Part shown: one piece after another, positions 56,791 to 64,000 of the stretch
Layout of the letters: every line of letters begins with the position of its first letter
How positions within the stretch are numbered: the stretch's first letter is position 1
DNA from: Octopus vulgaris
Lineage: Eukaryota
DNA length: 64,000 nt
NCBI GenBank assembly: GCA_951406725.2
Contig: OX597817.1
Location: 46,624,001-46,688,000, forward strand
Direction of reading: 5' to 3'
Position numbers and translations under genes: made by a program
Notes under the pieces: model-generated
Databases searched by the model: none
What the model saw: the letters and a program-made list of their open reading frames with translations, nothing else
Told to the model about the DNA's origin: nothing

Positions 56791-57595
56791 TTATTGAGAC
56801 TATATTTCGCATGATTTGTTGTCCTGCTACAGAGAGTAGTTTCATATGAATGGCAAATGACATTGAGAAAAACAAGAATGTAAAACGTAGAAAATATTAT
56901 TATTTATTTATGTATTTCACGAATTAATCTGTTTTGTATTTTTGTATGTTTCTATGTTAAAAACAAAAGCAAGTAAACTACAGCTCCACTAATGAGTTTA
57001 TTTACCAGTTTATCTTCTAACTATATCATTGAATATTTGCAAAACAACTTGAAAAGAAAGTGTAATAATGCTACAAATGTATTGACAATATTGAAGCAAT
57101 ATCGGTGTCTGCTGATATTTTTTATTAAATATAGTTTATTTATTCGAAGTTCATATTCACTATTTTTTTTATTAATAATATTAGATCAGAAATTATGTGA
57201 GTTCCTTTGTGTAAGTATTGAGTGCAGAACCGTTCAAGTGTACTACCGGTGCCAAATATTCCAGTTTTCCAACACCTCTACCTGGCACCCTCCCTTAGCT
57301 TCTCATTTACTTTCATATTCACGCACACAAACACTGTATTGTCTGACACACCCAAATACACTTATTACTTCGACGAAAGCATTACATATAGACAATAGCT
57401 GTTATATATCTAATGATCTTCATTGTTTATAGAGTAAAAGTGTTGTCATGTTTAAGTAGTCGTTTGATATGAATTTCAATTATAAACAATGCACGCCGAT
57501 AGAAATTGACTATAGGTATGAATTTATACGTGAACATGTATTTGGGTGGGTTGTCGTTGGTTACATAATGAGAGTGGAGCGATAGCATAGAATAT

Positions 57596-57893
57596 CACCG
57601 TGACCGACCCGGCTAGCTGATGTTGCTATACATCGCTGGATACAATGCGCTTCGCATTGTTTTAGCCTTCAAATGACGCCACCCCGCTGACTAAACGAGC
57701 AGGCCAACAGAAGAAAGAGTGAAAGTTGTGGCGAAAAAGTACAGCAGAGATCGCCACCACCCCCTGCCGGAGACTCGTGGAGCTCTAGGTGTTTTCGCTC
57801 AATAAACACTCACAACGCCTGGTCAGGGAATCGAAACCGCGATCCTACGACCGCGAGTCCGCTGCCCTAACCACTGGGTCATTGCGCCTCCAC
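57596..57893 (-). mobile_element. SINE family B head with a third tail type, 12-bp TSD
   Basis: TSD agcatagaatat at 57584-57595 and 57894-57905. Confidence 0.88.
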
Positions 57894-58070
57894 AGCATAG
57901 AATATGTATAGTATTAATGGAGAATGAGGACTATTGGGGCTGCCAAATTTCAGGCATGTGTATACATGTATGCCTGTAGAGATTTATTAACGTACATGTG
58001 TATACATACATACATATATACATACATACATACATATAAATATACATATACATACACGCACACGCACACA

Positions 58071-58141
<71 letters not shown>

Positions 58142-58274
58142 GCGAAAACCGGTTGGATTTCACGACATCCATGTAATGTGTATATATTTATAAAAAGATA
58201 TTAAACTATATGAAACGAAGGTATTTGTCTTCCCCTTTTTATATTTTTCCATGTATTTTCAACCTATATATATA

Positions 58275-60362
58275 GGAAACATACTAGTGATTGGTGATTT
58301 TAACCTCCCTCATGTGAACTGGCCCACAAATACTCTGAAGTTAGGCAAATGCTCTACATCAGATAGAGCAGCAGCAGAACAGCTCTTTAATCTAATGGAT
58401 GAATACTTCCTGACTCAGCTAGTGCTCGAACCAACGAGACAGAATAAAACGATCTTGGATCTGGTATTGACCAATCACTCTAGCTTCGTTCACAGTTTTT
58501 CAGTTGAAAAAACTCTCCTCTCAGACCACGACATGGTACTCTGCAATTTTAATTCACGACATATAAAAACCAAACCAGCCAATCCCACTCCATGGCACTC
58601 ATTTGACAACATAAACTTCCACAAAGCGGACTGGGGAGCAATCAGAAAGCAGAAACAATACTGCTCTATCTTTAGTGTTCCCACTGATATTGACGTAAGA
58701 GAAGCGAACGAAGTTGACTCCCAACATAAAATCTCAGACATAAACTTCACTGCCACTGACATCGTAGCAGCAATAAATGAGGTCAAATACTACTCTGCTG
58801 TAGGCCCTGATAGATTCCCCGCTAGTCTCCTGAAGGAATGTAGACACCAACTTGCAGTCCCTCTGACCAACTTCTGGAGAAATTCGTTAGGCGCAGGTTA
58901 TATACCGAAACAGTTTCTATCCCAGTCAGTCATCCCGGTTTTCAAACAGGGAAACAGATCCCTCGCACTCAACTATCGCCCAATCTCACTCACCTCCCAC
59001 ATCATTAAAGTGTTTGAAAGAGTGTTAAGATCTAGGATAGCTGACTTCCTGGAGACCCACAAACTCCTAAATGCAAATCAGCATGGCTTTCGCTGTGGCA
59101 GGGACTGTCTAACACAGCTCTTACACCACATTGAAGATGTACTCAAAGCCTTGAGAACAGGTTCGAACTCTGATGTCATATATCTTGACTTCAGTAAAGC
59201 GTTCGACAGGGTAGACCATAATATCCTACTCTCAAAATTGGCAAATGTTGGAATCCATGGAAAAGTTCTACACTGGATTAAGTATTTCCTGGGGAATAGA
59301 ACACAACATGTTGTAGTCGATGGAGTCCACTCAAGCCCAGCAAAAGTCACCAGCGGTGTCCCCCAGGGTCCGCTACTCTTCATAATTTACATAAACGACC
59401 TTTCCAGTGTCGTACATTACTGCAAAGTGAAAATATTTGTTGATGACACTAAGTTCCAGCAAATCGTCAATGAAGAAGCAGACCGAACTCAACTCCAGTC
59501 TGATCTATATGCTGTGAGTCAATGGGCAGACAGAAACAAAATGCAACTAAACGAGGGAAAATTTTAGCTGATGCATTTTGGAAGAAATTCCTCACTAAAA
59601 CAGCCATACTCTCTTCCTTCAGGGGAACTGCTCACAGCCTCTAACAATATCAGAGACCTGGGTGTAATTGTTGATGACGATCTCAGTTGGAGTGCACACA
59701 TCAACAAGAAGGTCGATATAGCTCGTAGGATGAGTTCCTGGATCTTAAGAACTTTCCGGTCCAGAGAACAAGGTGTCATCATACCACTCTTCTCCTCCTT
59801 TGTACGGCCACACCTCGAATAATGCTGCCCACTGTGGTCTCCCCATACAAGACAAAACATCTCGAGGATTGAATCACCCCAGAGGACACTCACTAAACGA
59901 ATTGAAGGCATGGCTGCTCTCGATTATTGGGATCGCCTTAAAGCCTTGAAACTCTACTCTCTCCAGCGCCCAAACGACCTGAACATTAGCCTCAAGGTTC
60001 ATCCAAGACTGGGACCACGGGCCATACGTCCCCTGCCCAATTCAAGATCGCAGCATACATGTACACTGCAGCATAATTTCTTTTCCTCAACAGGCCCTGG
60101 CCTATTTAACATTGTCCCGAAAGAAATCAAAGAGGAAAAGGATCCCATCAACTTTAAACGGAGTCTGGATAGATTCCTTCAAAGAATACCAGATAAGCCA
60201 CCCACAATTGGATACAACTCACCCAACAAAAACTCCCTACTTGAATGGACCATAAACAAAACATGACTTAAACAGGATTCGAATAATCCTATCAGATGGT
60301 GCTATTAAGTTAGATATGGCCTGGACCAATCTTTGGTCGAAGCATATCTAAGTTTATCTAAG

Positions 60363-60366
<4 letters not shown>
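58275..60366 (+). mobile_element. CR1-like LINE ORF2 pseudogene (APE end, RT, C-terminus, 3' tail)
   Basis: Motifs GDFN, TR..TILDLVLT, SDH, NYRPISLTS, QHGFR, YLDFSKAFD, GVPQG, FVDD and RDLG. Stops at 59565 and 59820, plus internal deletions. The tail is (tctaagttta)n followed by (TA)n. Confidence 0.93.
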
Positions 60367-60404
<38 letters not shown>

Positions 60405-60448
60405 GCAAGGTTCGCCACCACTCTCTGGTGGAACCTCGTGGAGCTCTA

Positions 60449-60495
<47 letters not shown>

Positions 60496-60553
60496 TATTA
60501 TATTGCTACATTGACAAACAGAGAGACAGGCAGGTAGCTAGCTAGCTAGATAG

Positions 60554-60646
<93 letters not shown>

Positions 60647-61354
60647 TAGGTACATATATATATATATAGAGAGAGAGAAAGAGTGAGAGAGTGTGTGTAT
60701 GTTTATGCGTGTTATTGTATTCGTGTGTGTGTGAGTATGTGTTTGCATATTTGTGTGTGCCTGAGTGGTGGGGGGTAAATTATTTGGCATTTTCATATAG
60801 AGGTTTGTTTCTAATATTTGCATCATATAACATTAAAGATTTATTTACTTCATATTTGCATATTTCCTGTTCCGCTGCTTGATTGAATTTCAGCATAATT
60901 GTTAAATAGGAGTGTTTGCACGTTTCTTTTATCCACAATTCCTTGAATTGAAACTCATAGGGAATTTCTGGATTTCTATAAAAAAAAATATAATATAACA
61001 TATCGCTATCACTGGATTTTGCGTATCAATAACTTCTATTTTCACGTGGCAAAGAAAATGCATAATTATATAATTCCACTTGCTGATTTTATTTGTTAAG
61101 TGCATGTTAGCTGTTCACTTTCCGCGCCTGAGGACCTTAGATTTTCAAGACTGCTACTTCAGTTTTTATGAACCAGAAATAATTATAGGCGTGACTGTGT
61201 ACTTAAGAGACTTGCTTTGCAACCACGACGTTTCGGGTTTCAAAGGTACAGCGTGGCATATTAGACAAGTGGCGTCTACAATAACCCCGGCGTTGTTGAG
61301 TTGTATTTGTCTCCGTAATATAGCGTTTCGACAAAAAGCAACAGTATGAACACA

Positions 61355-61685
61355 TAAGCAATATGGAGCTATGGCAAAGAACAAATGAAGTTTCGATTAA
61401 GGAGAAAATATTTAAGAAAAGGTGGAGGTGGATTGGTAGCACAATTAGAAAAGACACACCAAATGTAGCGAAAAGTGCTTTACGGTGGAAACCGGATGGA
61501 TATAGAAGGAGAGGTAGGCCTAAGAACTCGTGGCGAAGGTCAACACAAAAGGAATTGGAGAAAGGGGGGTATTCATGGCAGAGTATAAGTACAGAAGCGA
61601 AAAATTATGCGACATGGAATTCAACTATAAGTGGCCTACACTACGCGTTGGAGGGTTAAAGGCAAAGAGAGAGAAAGAGAGACGA
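61355..61685 (+). mobile_element. RTE-clade LINE 3' end
   Basis: ELWQRT...KKRWRWIG..IRK...AKSALRWKPDGYRRRGRPKNSWRR, with a GA-repeat tail. Confidence 0.88.
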
Positions 61686-62139
61686 TAAGTACTCAGATCG
61701 ATTTTTTCAGCAAAACACTTCAAGGTTATACTCAAGTAATACTTTAGTCGAATAAGTGAAACAGAAAAAAGAAAAACGATAGAAGTGATTTCATAATAAA
61801 GATATAAAACCTGTGGGTATCGAGGCAGATCTTCTTAGATATTGTTGCTCTTAATATTTTGAAAGAGGCCTCAAAACCTGTAGGTCAGTATTTGTTCACA
61901 ACAAAAACATCAAGATTCTATTTGCATTTGGTTAAAATTTTGTGAATATTGTCTGAAGCAAGAAATATTAGAAGTGTAGAGACAGAAATCTATAAATATA
62001 CAAACATACAACGTCTTCATCAGAAATACGGATACGGCGTTGGTTTCTTCTCATATATATTTCACCCGGAAACTTTAAAATTATACTTGTGGGGTACTTC
62101 CAGCCCCTGTGATTCGGGAAGATTTGAATCAATAGCTGT

Positions 62140-62144
<5 letters not shown>

Positions 62145-62198
<54 letters not shown>

Positions 62199-63729
62199 GT
62201 TTTTTTTCTTCTTTCAAATTTGCTTCCATTTCTTGCCGAGCGTCTTCCCGACTCCTAGGGCAAAGAAACTCATAGTATACATTGGTAGACCATTAAACCA
62301 AACTCAATAGTTCTTTCATTTTTTTTTAAAGGTTAAATTAAAATACATGGGCAGTAACAGCTCTCACAGCGACAATGCTCTTCTCAATGCGTGTGATGTA
62401 CCAGTTAAGACAATCTTTTGCAGTTCTTGCAGGGCTGGTAAGCCAGGAATCATTCTCATATAATTTTCGGTTCCCTTCTTGATCATTCCTAGTGCTCCTA
62501 CGATCACTGGTATTGTAACCGCCTTGAGATGCCACATTTTCTCAATTTCAATGAGCAGGTCTTTATATTTTCTGAGCTTGTCAAACTCTTTCATGTCGAT
62601 CAATAAGCAAACTTTATTGTTTTTGTCTTTCACAACAATATCTGGTTTATTGGCTTTGATGGTTCGGTCTGTATGTACTGGAAAGTCCCACAGAATCGTT
62701 ACATTTTCTCCTTCTTCAGTTACAGCTTCAGGGTGGTGATTATACCACTTGTCGGCAGTTTTGATATTGTAATGCCGACTTATTAGCCAGTGGAGATATT
62801 GGCCAACTCTGTCATGTCTTAATTTATACTCCACTGGTGCTAAGACTTTACATCCAGAGATTAGGTGGTCCACTGTTTCAATCATGTCATTGCAGAATCG
62901 GCATTTTTGGTCTGCTCCATTTTTCATTACATTGGCCTGGTAGTTCCGGGTTAATAGGCTTTGATCTTGAGCAACCAGGATGAAACCTTCGCTCTCTGCT
63001 TTTAACCCTGAGCTCCGTAGCCACTGATGGGTTTGCTTCTGGTCAACATCAGCTTGTTTGCTACGGGCCACATATTTGCCGTGCAGAGGTTTCTCCTCCC
63101 ACCTATCAGCCAATTGCTCGTACGCTTTTTTCGTTGCCATTATTTTCACCTTCTTTGCAACAATAGTTGCCGTACTTCCCTCGGGTTGTTCAGTTTGGGT
63201 ATCCTGCACGAGATCAATAGCAAATTTTTTGCTTTCCTTTATGATAAAGTGAAGCTTCTTTCGTCTCTCGTGATTTTCCACGAGCTTTAGCATCCAGTCA
63301 TTCGTTATTTCAAGATATTTGGCCAGTCCAATTGTGGTTGTTTTGTAAGCTAGTTCGAATTGGATCAGGCCTCGACCTCCTTGGGCTCTGGGAAGGTAAA
63401 GGCGATCTACGTCTGCCTTTGGGTGGTGCATCCTATTACAACTCAGCAGCTTGCGTATTTTTCTATCTATATTCTTTACTTCAATCATATTCCAGTTCAA
63501 CACATCGTAGCTATAAGTAACAACTGGAACTGCTAAGGAATTTATAGCTAACACCTTGTTACGTGCATTTAGTTCAGATTTCAGGATTGCACGAACTCTC
63601 CTATAACATTCCTTCCTGATTTTCTCTTTCATGCTTGCATGCTGAATACCAGAGCCTTCATTTATCCCTAAATATTTGTATGTTTATTCTTGCTCATTTA
63701 TCCCTAAATATTTGTATGTTTGTTCTTGC

Positions 63730-63730
<1 letters not shown>
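62145..63730 (-). mobile_element. R4/Dong-like RLE LINE, 5'-truncated, ending in (TAA)n
   Basis: ORF 62364-63632 has YKYLG upstream, then ADVDRLYLPRAQGGRGL, KPLHG, AQDQSL.TRNY, CRFC...ETVDHLISGC, RHDRV, KPDIVV..IDM and PVIVGALG. Confidence 0.9.
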
Positions 63731-63769
<39 letters not shown>

Positions 63770-64000
63770 CATTATTATTATTATTATCATCATTATTATT
63801 ATTATTATCATTATTATTATCATTACTATTATTATTATTATCATTATTATTATTATTATTACTTTTTTTTTTCTTCTTTCAAATTTTCTTCCATTTCTTG
63901 CCGAGTGTCTTCCCGACTCCTAGGGCAAAGAAACTCATAGTGTATATTGGTAGGCCATTAAACCAAACTCAGAAGTTCGTTCATTTTTTTTTTCTTTTTT
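63731..64000 (-). mobile_element. 3' end of a second copy of the same R4/Dong-like element with (TAA)n tail, running off the window
   Basis: 63862-63990 is nearly identical to the 3' UTR at 62199-62328. Confidence 0.9.

Overview
This is AT-rich, microsatellite-saturated eukaryotic DNA. The repeat families and composition suggest an octopus (coleoid cephalopod) genome, which is an inference. No complete protein-coding gene is visible, and nearly all ORF-track entries are translations of (TA)n, (CA)n, (TCTA)n, (CAT)n or (GAA)n repeats. The real coding remnants come from transposons: two Penelope-like elements (PLEs), plus RTE, CR1-like, L1/Tx1-like and R4/Dong-like LINEs and two mariner fragments. 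There are also many tRNA-derived SINEs from at least five families, several MITEs and one 100-N gap. The most notable signals are: (1) many type-I hammerhead ribozyme motifs, one with a fully canonical core, in short (TA)n-bounded modules, including a retrozyme-like unit with terminal redundancy; (2) a tRNA-headed SINE carrying a Penelope-type hammerhead in its 3' part, present as a head-to-head pair; (3) a U-UUU-UUA slippery site that would join a coiled-coil ORF to the RT frame of a PLE; (4) SINE arrays whose units restart at the same internal position after a Tx1-like tail; (5) a TSD-flanked, 5'-inverted RTE insertion. A CpG-rich E-box/CCAAT/CRE cluster and a few candidate minus-strand exons may belong to a host gene but are unconfirmed. 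All assignments were made by eye, without database searches or folding software.
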